Assembly (NCBI GenBank): GCA_013265495.1
Contig: MU057651.1
Span: 2,644,948 to 2,708,947, forward strand
Source of the DNA: Vicugna vicugna
Lineage: Eukaryota
Length of the DNA: 64,000 nucleotides
Direction of reading: 5' to 3'
A program made the position numbers and the translations under genes. Shown here piece after piece: positions 25,420 through 37,640 of the stretch. Under the pieces are notes generated by a model, which saw only the letters and a list, made by a program, of their open reading frames with translations, had not been told where the DNA came from and did not search any database. The first letter of the stretch is position 1, and every line of letters begins with the position of its first letter.

Positions 25420-26200
25420 GCCGTTGGGTGCGCCCTGCAGCCCGGCCCGGCCCCAGGGCACGCGAGGGGGCTCCGCGGGGCGGCGGTGACGCTGCCCCTC
25501 ACTGTCCCCTGGGCAGTGTCCCCGGGGGCCCCCGCGGCGGCTCACAGAAGACGGCTCAGCGGACTACGCGCGGCCGAGCTGGAACGGGACACGCTGGCCA
25601 CCTCTCAGGGTTGTTCGGAGTCCGCCGGGCGCTACCCGTTTAGTGGACACTCGCTGCCCGGGGCGGGGGCGGGGCTCTCAGCCACCGATGAGGCCACGCC
25701 CCCTCCCAGCTCCCCGGGAGCCAATCAGAGGCCAGCGTGACCGATGCGCCCCCCCCACCCCGCGCGCGCCCCTCCCACTTGGGTTCCCGCCTTTGGGAGC
25801 CGCGGAGACACCAAGCCGGTTCGCGGTGGGTGGCCGGGAGGACAAGACCACGAGATGGCACGGGCACAAGCAGGGGACACCGAGTGATGGAGAGAAGGGA
25901 GTGGAGAATCGCTCAGAGGCCGTGGCGCCCCCGGAGAGCGGGCCCCGCGCGGAGCCCAGGGTGGGTCCGCACCCGGCTCCTCCTCCTCCCTGCAGGTGAG
26001 TGAGCCGCTGCTCTGTCCAACCAAAGGGAGTCGGGCCACCCCAGGGGCCGAGCTGACGCTTGACGTCACAAGCATCTCTGAATAACAAGTGTTGTTAACC
26101 ATTACCAGTAACAGCTTGTTGTTTGGAGGAGAGGCCGCGCGGCGGCCTGGGTTTAAGTCTGCCTTTTCCTTCCGAGCTGGTCCACCTTGGGCGAGTGACT
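25420..26200 (+). promoter_or_regulatory. Small CpG island with promoter motifs and a splice donor
   Basis: Overlapping GC boxes 25660-25675; GCCACGCCCC at 25693; CCAAT at 25721; CAG|GTGAGT at 25995/25996; CRE TGACGTCA at 26061-26068. Confidence 0.6.
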
Positions 26201-26629
26201 CACCGTCTCTGAGCCAGTGCTGAGCACAGTGCCCGGGGCAAACGGCTCCGGCTCTTAGCTGTGTCTCAGGACTCATGAAATGCAACCAGCTTTGACTTAA
26301 CTCTTAAGTAGCTGGGGTTCCATGAGACGGAATTTGTGAGCGCTCTGTAGGCCACAAGGAACTGCCCAAGTCAGTCGTTTTAAGTGAGATTTCTCATCAG
26401 CAAATCAGCAGTGCTTGGGAGCCCAGCCCCACCGCGGACCTCCTCACACTGAACCAGGCCAGAAATCTTTTTCCAAGTCCCTGAGATTGTCACCGAGTCT
26501 CTCCCTGGATTTTAAAAGGAGCTGTGTGTTTCCTTCTGTGGGAATCAAATTTTCTACATCGCATTCCACCAGTTGGCTTGATAGCAAAAATGACGGGGGC
26601 AATTGTTAAATATGGATTCTCCTTTTTTT

Positions 26630-27031
26630 AAAAAAAATTAAAGTAGGTAAGATTTACAATATTGTATTAGGTTCAGATTACAGCAGAGTGATTCCGTATT
26701 TTTACAGATTATACTCCGTTAATAGTTATTACAAGATGATGGCCGTAATTCTCTGTGCTTATTTATTTTATACATATTTGTATATTTTAATTCTTTACCC
26801 CTAACTTGCCCCTTCCCTAATCCCTCTCCCCACTAGTAACCACTGGTTTGTTTTATCTGTGAGTCTATTTCTGTTTCACTATATACGTTCATTTGTGTTA
26901 CGATTCCACATAGAGGTGATATTACATAGTATTTGTCTTTGACGTATTTCACAAAGCATAATGTTCTCTAGGTTCATTCACATTGCTGCAAATGGGAGTA
27001 TCTCGTTCTTTTTGATGGCTGAATAATATTC

Positions 27032-27070
<39 letters not shown>

Positions 27071-27200
27071 CACCACATCTTCCTTATCCATCCGTCTCTT
27101 GATGGGCAGTTGGGTTGTTTCCATATCTTGGCTACTGTAAATAATGCCGCTATAAACACTGGGGTGCATGTATCTTTTCAAAGTAGTGTTTTTGCTTTTG
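26630..27200 (-). mobile_element. L1 3' end with an internal (ATT)n microsatellite
   Basis: ORF 26978-27181 ..MEYYSAIKKNEILPFAAM; (ATT)n at about 27033-27066. Confidence 0.9.
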
Positions 27201-27939
27201 TAGTGAGACAGCGGGACAAAGGACTCCTGTTCCCATTTTAACTCAAGGACTGTGGTTTTAATGTTACCACTTAACAGCTGGGGATGGAGGCCTCCCCTCA
27301 GCTGGTCAGTATGGTCGCAAACAGATCTGTCTGACTGATGTGGCCTCTACCTGCCCTGGCTAGCCGACACCTGCCTGTCTCCCCAAGCTTGCTGGTCATT
27401 CCTCTCCAGTCCTGCCCCTCTGGAATGGGTCTCTCCCTCTGGGCTCCCACTGCTCCTCTGATTACCATTTATTATTTAGGGCTTATGTATGTTTTGTGTC
27501 TTCATTTAATGTTTATCTGGTGGAGAGAAATAGGTTAAAGTCATGCTCGGGGTGTGTCTCTGTTCTCCTAATAGCGTCTATGGTTTACGAATTTTGCTTT
27601 ATGAATTTTGAGGGATGTTATTTGGTGCATACATGTTCATCACGGCTAGATCTTACCGCATGTTGTACCCTTTATCATTCAAAAGTGGCCTTCTTGGCAC
27701 ACTTACTATTTCTCTGCAACTTTTCTGTACATTTAAAAAGTCTTACACTAATCACAACTCTTGAACCTAGGTGAGGAGTATTCTGGCATTGGCCATTCCA
27801 TTCTTTCAACATCTCTGTAGGTCTGAGAACATTGTGCATTGAAGAGCCTGGGTGTCGGAGGACAGCATTGTGAAAGCCGCTCAGAATACCTGCTCACATG
27901 TGAATCCTGGTGGTTTTGCGGGTGTAGCAGAGGGTGCCC

Positions 27940-28620
27940 TTTCCAAGAAGGCCTGAATTTGAATCCTGGGTCTACTGCACACACTGGCAACTTCATTTCC
28001 ATGAGCCCCAGTTCCTGCCTTGAAATGGGAGCATGATATTCAGTGCATTCATTGAGATAACATACATGAACATGGCAGGGGCATAGTAGTTGCTCAATTA
28101 AAGTTGGTACCTTTTGAATCTTATGAAAGGCAGTGTCACAATGAAAGTCTTCACAGAGGTTTGAGACTCAAAAGACCTGAATTCAAAGCCTAGATCTTTC
28201 CACCTGCTCAGTCACCTGACGCAAAGCCCTTGACCTCTTTGGGGTCTGATTCTTCATCTGTAAAGTAAAACACGCCTGAGACAGTTGCCGTGAGGGCTAA
28301 ACGTGATAAAGCACGTGAAGTGACTGTCTAACTGCAAATATTTATGAAACACAAGTCATTATTGTGGCAAGATACCAGTGTATTTATAAAATAGTTAATA
28401 TAAAATTTACTATATGCCAAGCACCATTCTGAGCACTTTTCAAATATTAACTCAAGTCTCATAACAATGCTGCTCATAGTACTGCAGTAATCTCGGTTTT
28501 ACTCATGAGGAAATGGGCACAGAGAGATCATTACTTTGCCCAAAGTCACACAGCTGGAAAGCAGGAGACACTGGATCCAAATCCAGGTGGCCTGGCTTTT
28601 ATCTGCTACCACCTCTCAAT
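27940..28620. mobile_element. Cluster of three MIR fragments
   Basis: TTTGAATCCTGGGTCT..; TTCTTCATCTGTAAAGT..GTGAGGGCTAAACGTGATAA; TATGCCAAGCACCATTCTGAGCACTTT..TGAGGAAATGGGCACAGAGAG..TTGCCCAAAGTCACACAGCT. Confidence 0.7.
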
Positions 28621-30349
28621 ATAAATATTAGAAAAGAAACATCTTAATATCTGGGACTTATTTTGCTACGTTGAGTGTTTGAGTAGCTTTTGGGGATCAT
28701 TTTGACATAGTCTGTATTTATATTTTGGATTTTATGGAATATATTGTGAGTAACGTGACTCCTCCAGCAATCTGGGCAAGGAAGTAAAATAAAGGAGGTA
28801 AGTCTGCCGCCTTACAAAAACACCCCCAAAAGACAGCCACCCCCACTGCCACCACAACAGCGAGGGCTTCCTGATCCATGAAAAATGTTCTCGCAGAGCT
28901 TCCATCCGTGTCTGATTCACGGCAGGAAGCTGCGGGCCCCTCACGCACACCTGTGCGCCCCGGTTCACCTGTCAACGCATTAGAACGGCCCTCGCACTGC
29001 AGTGGGGGGCAGCAAAGTGGGCCCCAGGCTGAAGAGGCTTCTCTGCGAGGCCCCAGCAGAGTTTCTTTCTCTGCTTCTCAAAACCCAATCGTTTCTTTTC
29101 AGAGAAAAGTTGGAAACATCTATCTTTCTCAGTTAGCGACCACGGTCGTACTGCACTCAGTTCAGAGGCTTTTGTGGGATGTCGACTCTGAGGCATGAAG
29201 GCCAGTGAGAGATTTGGCTCAATTTGGGACATTTCACATGTCGGTGACTTCACGCGCAGGACAGAAGAGAAGATGCCATTTTCACGCCTGCGATTTCCAG
29301 CCGGTCTTCAAAGTCCAGGCCGACCGGCCAAACCAAAGCGACAACACAGCACACGTACGTGGTCATGACGTGCGGTGATGGCTGCTACCTCGCCTGACTG
29401 TGGTCCTCATTTCACGATGCGTGCCTGCATCCAGCCATCACGCAGTACGCCGTCAGGGACATGCTGCTCTCTGTTAATTATAATATCTCAACAAAGCTGG
29501 GAAAAGTTGTACAAAATTAATGCAATATTTAAAATTGTCTTAAATTTTAACGTGTTGTTTTCTCCGTGAGTCAGGCTCCCTGGGGACCCAGTAACCTGCT
29601 GGTAAAGCTCAGTGATTGTGTGACAGGTGGGCACCCCCACATCGGAGCTCTGTGAGGGGGAAGGCAGGTTACAGCACACAACCACAAATGATGTGCGCAT
29701 CCTTGCCCACTACGCTGCGTGTTCCAGCCAAGGCAGCCGGCGGGACCTGCCTGGGGCCTCATCCCAGGGAAGGTCCTTTCAGGCTGTAGAGGCGGAGCCA
29801 TCTGGGGACACGGCCACCACGCTGTCACTTCCCGTTAGAGGAGACAGACCCTCTTTGGTTGCTTCCAGGGCACTCTGTAGTGTTCAACGGTGACAAACTA
29901 TTTGACCGATAAACTCCCAATGAGGATTGTGAGCTCATGGAAGGCTGGTGGGAGATCACGCCCTGTTAAGATTAAAAAAAGGGTAACTAAGATTAAGCCT
30001 CGGGGGACGGGCACACGAATGACAGCTGTCACACACTGTCTCGCTGCAGACAGGCTTGCCCTCTGTCCTGCTCAGGCTGAAGCGGAGGCTGGCATTTGGA
30101 AAAAGCTGGGCTGGGGAGAACATTCTTTGGTCAAAACTATTGAAAAGAAGACAAAGAGGCTCAGAGTGTATAATTTCCACCCACACTGAGTTATTTGGAT
30201 AAGACTGTGCTGTCACAACCAGACTGAATTCACTAAAAATAAAGCATCCACAAGAACACTTCACAGGTTGAGCAGCGGTTCGTTATGAGAAGGAGCCAGG
30301 GTGTGCGGGAGACTCCGCAGAGCACAGCCCATGACCCGAAGGTGCTGGC

Positions 30350-30520
30350 TTTGGCTGCAATTTATTGCAGATTTATTGACTTGTGAGATAAATATTGAGC
30401 AAGTTAGAGGCAGGATTGCTACATCCTTAGGGACAATAAATCCTGGTATTTTCAGAGACACAGAGTCAATATGTACTTTGCGGCGTAAATTCCAAACGAA
30501 AATGGAACAGCTGTAAATCT
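30350..30520. promoter_or_regulatory. Forkhead/GATA/Hox motif cluster, candidate enhancer
   Basis: TATTGAC 30374, AGATAA 30386 overlapping ATAAATA 30388, GTCAATA 30465, TTTATTG twice plus CAATAAA; no repeat recognised. Confidence 0.5.
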
Positions 30521-31049
30521 CTCCAACGGGACCACAAGAGTCACTTTGCGAAAATTACTATCGAGGAAAGATGGAGATCCAGGCCCAGTGGCAACGTCCC
30601 CTGTTCCCCATCACGGACCCACCAGCAGCCCAGTTCCATTGCGATGGAATCCCTGTTCGTTCACTGGTACTTGGCTTCTGGTGTCGCTGATTCCAAGGAG
30701 GGAAAAATCAAGAATTTTCTCATCTTAAACAAGAGGCAGAATAAACCCATGTATTCCTGGCAACTGCTCTATCTTGGGGGCCAAAGAGACTTCCTTCCTT
30801 ACATACGCAGTAAATGAATTCTATCGAAGTTGAAGGGAAAAAAGAAAAATCGCAGGGTCTTGGTGGCGTGTCGCAGAGGAGTGGCCAGGGCTCTGCTCTG
30901 TGAGATCTGGTCCTCTTTTGTCTTTTTGGTTTCAGTCCATCAACAGCCTTCATCAGTCGTTGACCAGGGTGTACACAAGGACTAGAGTTTTCACCAGAGT
31001 GAGGGCTAACTATACAGCAGGCATGCAACCCTCTGTAAAAATTGATGGA

Positions 31050-32410
31050 GATACAGAAAAGTGGAAGCCATGGTATCTAGCCTCTTCAGACTCTTCTCCA
31101 GGGAACTTTGGGAGGGAACAGGACCTGAGTTATGTCAGGGCCAGCAGAAGCCATCTCCTCCCTTGTCTCAGTCCCTGGAGTATCTTTATAGTACCCAGAG
31201 AAAAGGCACACTTGGAAAACAAAAGAAGGATGGAACATGTCAAAAGGGTATAGGAGCCATTCTGAAAGAGCAACCCATGGCCAAAGACAAAACAATCCAT
31301 GAAAAAGAAGATGTGGTATATTTATACAATGGAATACTACTCAGCCATAAAAACCGACAACATAATGCCATTTGCAGCAACATGGATGGACCTGGAGATC
31401 GTCATTCTAAGTGAAGTAAGCCAGAAAGAGAAAGAAAAACTCCATATGAGATCGCTCACATGTGGAATCTAAAAAACAAAAACAAAAACAAACAAACAAA
31501 CAAAAACAAAGCGTAAATACAGGACAGAAATAGACTCATAGACAGAGAATACAGACTTGTGGTTGCCAGGGGGGTGGAGGGTGGGAAGGGATAGACTGGG
31601 ATTTCAAAACTGTAGAATAGATAAACAAGATTACACTGTATAGCACAGGGAAATATACACAAAATGTTATGATAACTCACAGAGAAAAAAATGTGACAAT
31701 GAGTGTGTATATGTCCATGAATGACTGAAAAATTGTGCTGAACCCTGGAATTTGACACAACATTGTAAAATGATTAAAAAGCAATAAAAAATGTTTAAAA
31801 AAGAAACAATCCATGAGTCTCTGCTGATGTAAAAGATGACTGAAAGTAAATAAATAGGGAAGAGACAAGACTTCCCTACGGAAGCTCCAAATAATACAGG
31901 GAGTTCTATGTAGACACTTTCTCCTCCAGTGGGTGGAGCCGAATGTTCTTTCCCTTAAGTGTGGCAGACTGGGAGACTCATTCCGAAAAATATTACCCCA
32001 GTTTAATCACACACACAAAAAAAAATCAGACAAACTCAACTTGACGGCCATCATACAAAACCCTGATCAGCATGCTTCAACAGGTGATGGTCTTGAAAGA
32101 CACAGAAAGTCAGTGAAACTCTCACAAGCCACAGGAGACCAAGGAGACATGAAAAGTGAAAACCAGGTGGAATCCTGGATGGGATTTCCTGGGACAGAAA
32201 AAGGATATTCATGGAAAAAATCAGTGAAATCCAAATGATGTCTGAATTTTCATTAATAGGTTTGTCTCAGTGCTAATGTCCTCTTTGTGATAAACACCCC
32301 GTTGCTGTAAAAGATTTTGACAACTTGGGGAAATTCAGTGAAGGGTCTACAGGAGCTCCCTGTACGATCTTTGCAACTTTTCTGTAAACCTAAAATCATT
32401 CCAAATTACT
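31050..32410 (+). mobile_element. Old L1MC/MD-type 3' UTR hosting a young L1
   Basis: GATGGAACATGTCAAAAGG..AAAGAGCAACCCATGGCCAA; GGAATCCTGGATGGGAT..ACAGAAAAAGGA; TCTTTGCAACTTTTCTGTAAACCTAAAAT. Confidence 0.7.
31303..31803 (+). mobile_element. Young 5'-truncated L1 3' end
   Basis: AAGAAGATGTGGTATATTTATACAATGGAATACTACTCAGCCAT..; exact 13-bp TSD AAACAATCCATGA at 31290-31302 and 31804-31816. Confidence 0.95.
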
Positions 32411-33960
32411 TTCCTTCATATTTGTGAATTTCTCAAATTTCCGCATCTGTTATTCATTTCTAATTGCACTCTATTTTGGTCAGAAAATGTACTTTGCATG
32501 ATGTTGATGCTTTAAAATCTATTTAGATTTGTTTTATAGCCTAACATGTGGTCTACCCTGGAGGGTGTTCATGGGCATTTGAGAAGATCGTGTATGCCGT
32601 GTCTGTTGGGTGAAGCGTATACTAGGTATCTGCTGAGTTTGGTTGCTTTAGAATGTGGCTTAATTTTCTTTTTTCTTGATCCATCAGGTTGTTAATCCAT
32701 TATTGAAAGTGGGCTACTGAAGTCTCCAATTACGTTTGTTCAATCATCTATTTCTCCCTTCAATCCTTCCAGTCTTTGCTTTATGTATTATGGGGCTCTA
32801 TTGTTAGGTTCATATGTGTTTATATTTATTATATATTCCTGATGGATCGATCCTTGTGGTATTATAAGATGTCCTTTTTTGTGTGTCTGGTAGTAACTTT
32901 TGTCTAAATTCTATTTTTTCTAATATAGTTCTTCATGCCAGTCTTGTCATCCATTTAACTTCTACATATGTTATAAATCCCTTACTACATTATTATTACT
33001 TTAGCTTAAATAGTCAATTATCTTTTAGGGATACTTAAGAATTAAGAAAAAAGTCATTTTAAATTTACCCACATATTTATTATTTCTGGTGATGATCCTT
33101 ATTATGTGTGGATATAGATTTTCATCTGGTATCATTTTTCTTCTGCGGGTCTTTATAACTGAAAAGTTATTTTGTTTTCTTTTCAGTAATTATTTTTGTT
33201 GGGTGTAGAAATCTAGATTGACAGTTTTTTAAATACTTTAAAACTGTTTCTCCACTGTCTAGCTGCTTACATTTTTCTAACAAGAATTCTGCTGTCATTC
33301 TTAACTTTGTTGGTATTTATGAAGTGTTCCTCCACTTCCTTCCTCCAAATACTTTTAAGATTTTTTTTTCTATATCATTGGTTTTGATCAGTTTCAGTGT
33401 GATGTATCTTGGCTTGGTTATTTTTCACATTTTATTGTACTTGAAGTTCACAGAGTTTCTCGGATCTGTGGCTTTATAGATACATTGAATTTGGAAAACT
33501 TTCAGCTACTCTCTCCCCTCTTTTTTGAGGAGGACACATCTATCAGGCTGCTGGAATTGTCTCACATGGCCCTGAGGCTCCATTCAGCTTTATAATTTTT
33601 TATTATCATTCTTTTTCCTCTATGCGTTTTATTTTGGAAAGTTTCCATTTCTGCATCTTTAAGTTCATGAATACTTTCTTCTACAATGCCTCATACGCCA
33701 TTAATTCCGTCCAGTGTATTCATTTGTCTCTGCTCTTTTGGTTTTCATCTCCGGGAGCTCAATTTGTGTCTTTAGAAATGCCTGTCATGCCTCTGACTTT
33801 TTCAACATATGGAATACAATTATAATAGCTTTCAGTGTTTTCGGTAATTCTTATACGTGTGTCTTGTCCGGATTGGTTCTCATTGGTCGTGCTTTCCCCT
33901 CACTGTGGTGTATTTTCTGGCATCTTTGAATGCCTAGGAATCTTGTTGAGAATGCAGACA
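32410..33960 (-). mobile_element. Old L1 (ORF2 5' region and ORF1-like), degenerate
   Basis: TGAAGTCTCCAATTAC, TTTGCTTTATGTATT..GGCTCTATTGTTAGGT; T-rich ORF1 antisense texture. Confidence 0.7.
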
Positions 33961-34087
33961 TTCTGCTCTCTCTTCTAGTTGGAAGGAAATTAAAAGGTCA
34001 AAAAGATAGACTGTTTTGCCTAAGGTGAAAGGTCAGGAAGTTGGAGAGCCGGAATTGGAGTCTCAGCTCTTTCCACTTCAGCACTGG

Positions 34088-34292
34088 CTTCTACTGAGCA
34101 ATGCTGCATGCACAGCTCTCTGCAAAAAGAAACATGTTCTACAGCTGAGCTCTGCAGTAAGGCTGCCCCTAGCCACATGTGGCTCGTAAGCATTTGACCG
34201 GTGTGACTGAGGAATTCACACTTAATTTTAATTTTAACTGATTGAACCTGAAATAGCGACACGGGGCCATTGGCTGCCACGTTGACAGCTGA
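34088..34292. mobile_element. MER3/MER33-like hAT relic
   Basis: CTAGCCACATGTGGCT..AGCATTTG..GTGTGACTGAGGAA..TTTTAATTTTAA. Confidence 0.7.
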
Positions 34293-34723
34293 ACTCCAGC
34301 CCTCAGTGGACAGACCCACCCCGTTTCTCTTTCAGCCTCTTGCATAGACAAGCTGTTCTGAGCCTGGGTTTTTCAGTTCATTTCTAGACAAGGAAGGAAT
34401 TCCAGAAGAAGTTCCAACCAACAGTTTTGTCAAAAAGAAAAATGTCTGAAATGAAAATCCAAGACTGAGCCTAGGAGGAGCAGTGGGTAAAAAGAACAGT
34501 CAAAATGGTCAAAAGAAAAGCATTTTCTCAATTAAAAAAAAAGCTTTCTTTGACCATATTTTCTATTTCATGTAATTTCTCTGGTAGATATACTTGCATA
34601 CATGTAATATATATACACACACACATGTAATATGTAATTATGTAATATGTAATATATATAGAAAAATATCATTTGTGTTATATATCATGAGATCCATATA
34701 TAAATATACCTATGTATCTTGTA

Positions 34724-35077
34724 CAAAATGGATTAAAGATCTAAATGTAGGACTGGGTACCATAAAAACTCCTAGGGGAAAATACAGGCAGAACACTCTT
34801 TGACATAAATCACAGCAATATTTTTTTGGATCTGACTCCCAAAGCAAGGGAAATAAGAGCAAAAATAAACAATACCGACCTAACTAAACAGAAAAGCTCT
34901 TGCACGGCAAAGGAAACCATCGACAAAAATGAAAAGACAACGTCCTGAATTGGTAGAAGTTATTTGCAAATGATCGGACCAATTAGGGATTAATACCCAG
35001 TGTATATAATCATACAACTCAACATAAAAAAATCCAGTTAAAAAATGGGCAGAAGAATTGAATAAGGACATTTCCCA
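34724..35077 (+). mobile_element. L1 ORF2 internal fragment
   Basis: AAAATGGATTAAAGATCTAAATGTA..CATAAAACTCCTAG..GCAAAGGAAACCATCGAC..AAAAAATGGGCAGAAGA. Confidence 0.9.
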
Positions 35078-35089
35078 TAGAGTTAGAAG

Positions 35090-35250
35090 TCCGTCTGTCT
35101 ACCTATCTACCTATCTGTCCATCCGTCCATCTGTCTATCTATCTATCTACCTATCTATCCATCCATCCATCTATCATCTATCCATCTATCTGTCCATCCA
35201 TCCGTCTATCTATTCATCTATCCGTCCATCCGTCCATCTGTCTATCTATA

Positions 35251-35282
<32 letters not shown>

Positions 35283-35376
35283 CATCTATCTGTCCATCCA
35301 TCCGTCTATCTGTTCATCTATCCGTCCATCTGTCTGTCTATCTATCTATCTATCTATCCATTTATCCATCTATCTA
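35090..35376. repeat. Compound (TCTA/TCCA/TCTG)n microsatellite
   Basis: Directly visible tetramer mosaic. Confidence 0.97.
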
Positions 35377-35554
35377 TAATTGAACTCTTAGACTAAACCA
35401 TCTTGTCCTGTCAGGAGGGAGACATCTCCAATTCAGGGACCTCTGTGTTAAAGATAAATTATGGCCTCAGTGCCAGTGACCACATCATTCCCACCCCGTT
35501 GCATGTTAAGGGCATGAGAAAGATCACCTTTGTCCTGCCCAGCTTGCCTGGCTC

Positions 35555-35950
35555 TTTGTTCAGGACAGACTGAGTGGCTTAAGCAGCAAACAGTTACTGT
35601 CTCAGAGTTCCAGAGGCCAGAAATCTGGGGGCCAGGTGTTGGCAGACCGGATTCCTTCTGCGGGTGGGCCTCTGTGCTTTGCCTCTGTCCTGTGTGCTGC
35701 TGGTTGGCTGGCCATCTTGCTTCTCCTTGCCTGACGCCTGTCTTCATGTTCACATGGTGTTCTCCAAGCGCATGCCACTCTGTGTCCGCATTTCCCCTTT
35801 TGTATAAGGACACCAGCCATATCGATTAAGTCCTAACTTAAAGACCGTGTGTGAACGTGACTGCATCTGTAAAGACGTTTATTTGCATATGAGATGCTGG
35901 GAGCTAGGGCTCTGATGTCTTTTGAGGGGAGACAGTTTACCCCAAACCAG
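35555..35950 (-). mobile_element. MLT1-type MaLR LTR
   Basis: GACTGAGTGGCTTAAGCAGCA..TCTCAGAGTTCCAGAGGCCAGAAATCT..TATAAGGACACCAGCCATATCGATTA..GGGGAGACAGTT. Confidence 0.8.
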
Positions 35951-37399
35951 ATTGCATGGCTGCTACGGAGAGCAGGTGGGTGCACAATTGTTTTCCTCGA
36001 TCAACCCTGCCCATTGTTTACTCCAGAAGGTTCGGCCAAAGGGTAAGTAAGAGGGGTGGATAACCAGCACTGTTGGGGGCATATGCGCAGTCCACATCTT
36101 TTCCCCTGCAGGGACAGGCTCTCTGAATGTCCCAGCATCAGCTCCTGGGCCAGAGTTGATTCCTGGGAGAACCTGACTGTGTGCATTTTTTCACTGGGAA
36201 AACAGAAAAGGATGGAGAGGGTCTGCTTAGCTTGTGAACAGAGGTCTGTGCACCTGTGACCTCCGGGCTGGTCCTTCTTGGCCGGACTGGTGGGGAGAGA
36301 AAGCTTGCCCGCATTGCATTGCCTGCTCTCCGTTTCCTGGTTCCGCTGCGACTTCCTGCCTCTGTGTCCTGCTCTGGGTTTCTTGATACAACTCCTGCAT
36401 CCTGTGAAACATTCCATTTTTCTCACCGAAAGTCTCGAAAGGTGCGTTTTCCCTTTGCACCTGGAAGTCTTGTTGGGGCTCAGCGAGAGGAAGCGTGGAG
36501 GGCGAGGAGTGATGCTGGAGGAAGTGGGCGCCCGTGCAGAGGCGGGGGGCTCGTCCCCGTCCCCAACACCCGGGCAGGCAGGGGGCGCCTTGCCCGAGGA
36601 CAGGCATCCCCGCAGATTTCTCACATCAGTGCCAGCGAGTGGGACGGAGCCGTGTTTACCACCGCGTCCCCACCCAAGCCACTCAAATAAGCCCCAGAAA
36701 CCTCTACACCTTAGTCATCAGGCGAGGCAAATTATAAACTCCGAAGCGTCTGGCTTCTCCCGAGATACCACAGTTCCCTCACATACCGAGCCTGCAGTTT
36801 GTGGCCAAGGATGACTTAAGAGCCAGTGAACTCACTGTCTAAAAGGAGCACCCTGATCACTATCAGTTGCTCCTTCTGACTGACAGGGCTGTTATTTATT
36901 TCAGCAGGAGAAAGGGCTAAAATACAGAGAGGAACCCTAGAAATAAACACAGCCTGCAAATGGCCAGGTTCGGTGTTGCCAGAGTCAACAGGGCAGGTTC
37001 CTGGGCCAGAAACCTCCTGCTCTCCTGCCCGCTGGACAGTGACCTTGTCATCCTCCAAGGCAAATCACAAGGGAGTCACGGCACCGTAGTGGCCGGGGCT
37101 GGGCTGGGCTGGGCTGGCCACCATGGATGAAACATTGCCCGTGCACAGGGGCGCTCAGAGTCAGACAGGAGGACCCTGCTGACAGAGCGTTAGGACTTCC
37201 CGTGACCAGTCCTTCCGTAGAGCTGGCCATACACTGCGTCCTGCACACAAAGGGAGGACCCCCGATTCTGCCTGCAGGGGTCACAGAGCAGGGGGTGTTT
37301 GAGGTCAAGGCTGTACGATGTGTGCCACTTGCCACCCAGAGGAGGAGAGGAAAATGTGGGGAGGGGAGGGGCTGGCGCGGTCACTCAGTAACCAGTGAG

Positions 37400-37640
37400 C
37401 TGTCCTGGTTAGATGGGGGGGCTGGAAGGACCGCCTGGAGCTTGGGCACCGAGCATCCTGGCCGGCAACGCTGGGCAGAAGAAATGCAACCGAAAGTCTG
37501 TACGTAGATAGCCAGGTCTGGCACTTGGAAGATAATTCTGGCAGCAACGTTGAAGGCATTTTTCGCCAGAGGATGCCGAGAGATCCGCCAGCGGGTTGTG
37601 GCGGGGATCCAGGCTCCGTACAGACGTGATGTTAAGGGTG
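37400..37640 (-). mobile_element. Ancient L2 ORF2 C-terminal fragment
   Basis: Minus-strand translation LTSRL..NVAARIIF resembles the L2/CR1 motif ITSRL..NAAARLIF; nucleotides GCTGCCAGAATTATCTTCCAA. Confidence 0.55.

Noticed and set aside
27200..27460. Possible LTR fragment starting TG after the L1
   Set aside because: No polyA signal, CA end or TSD found, so it cannot be supported
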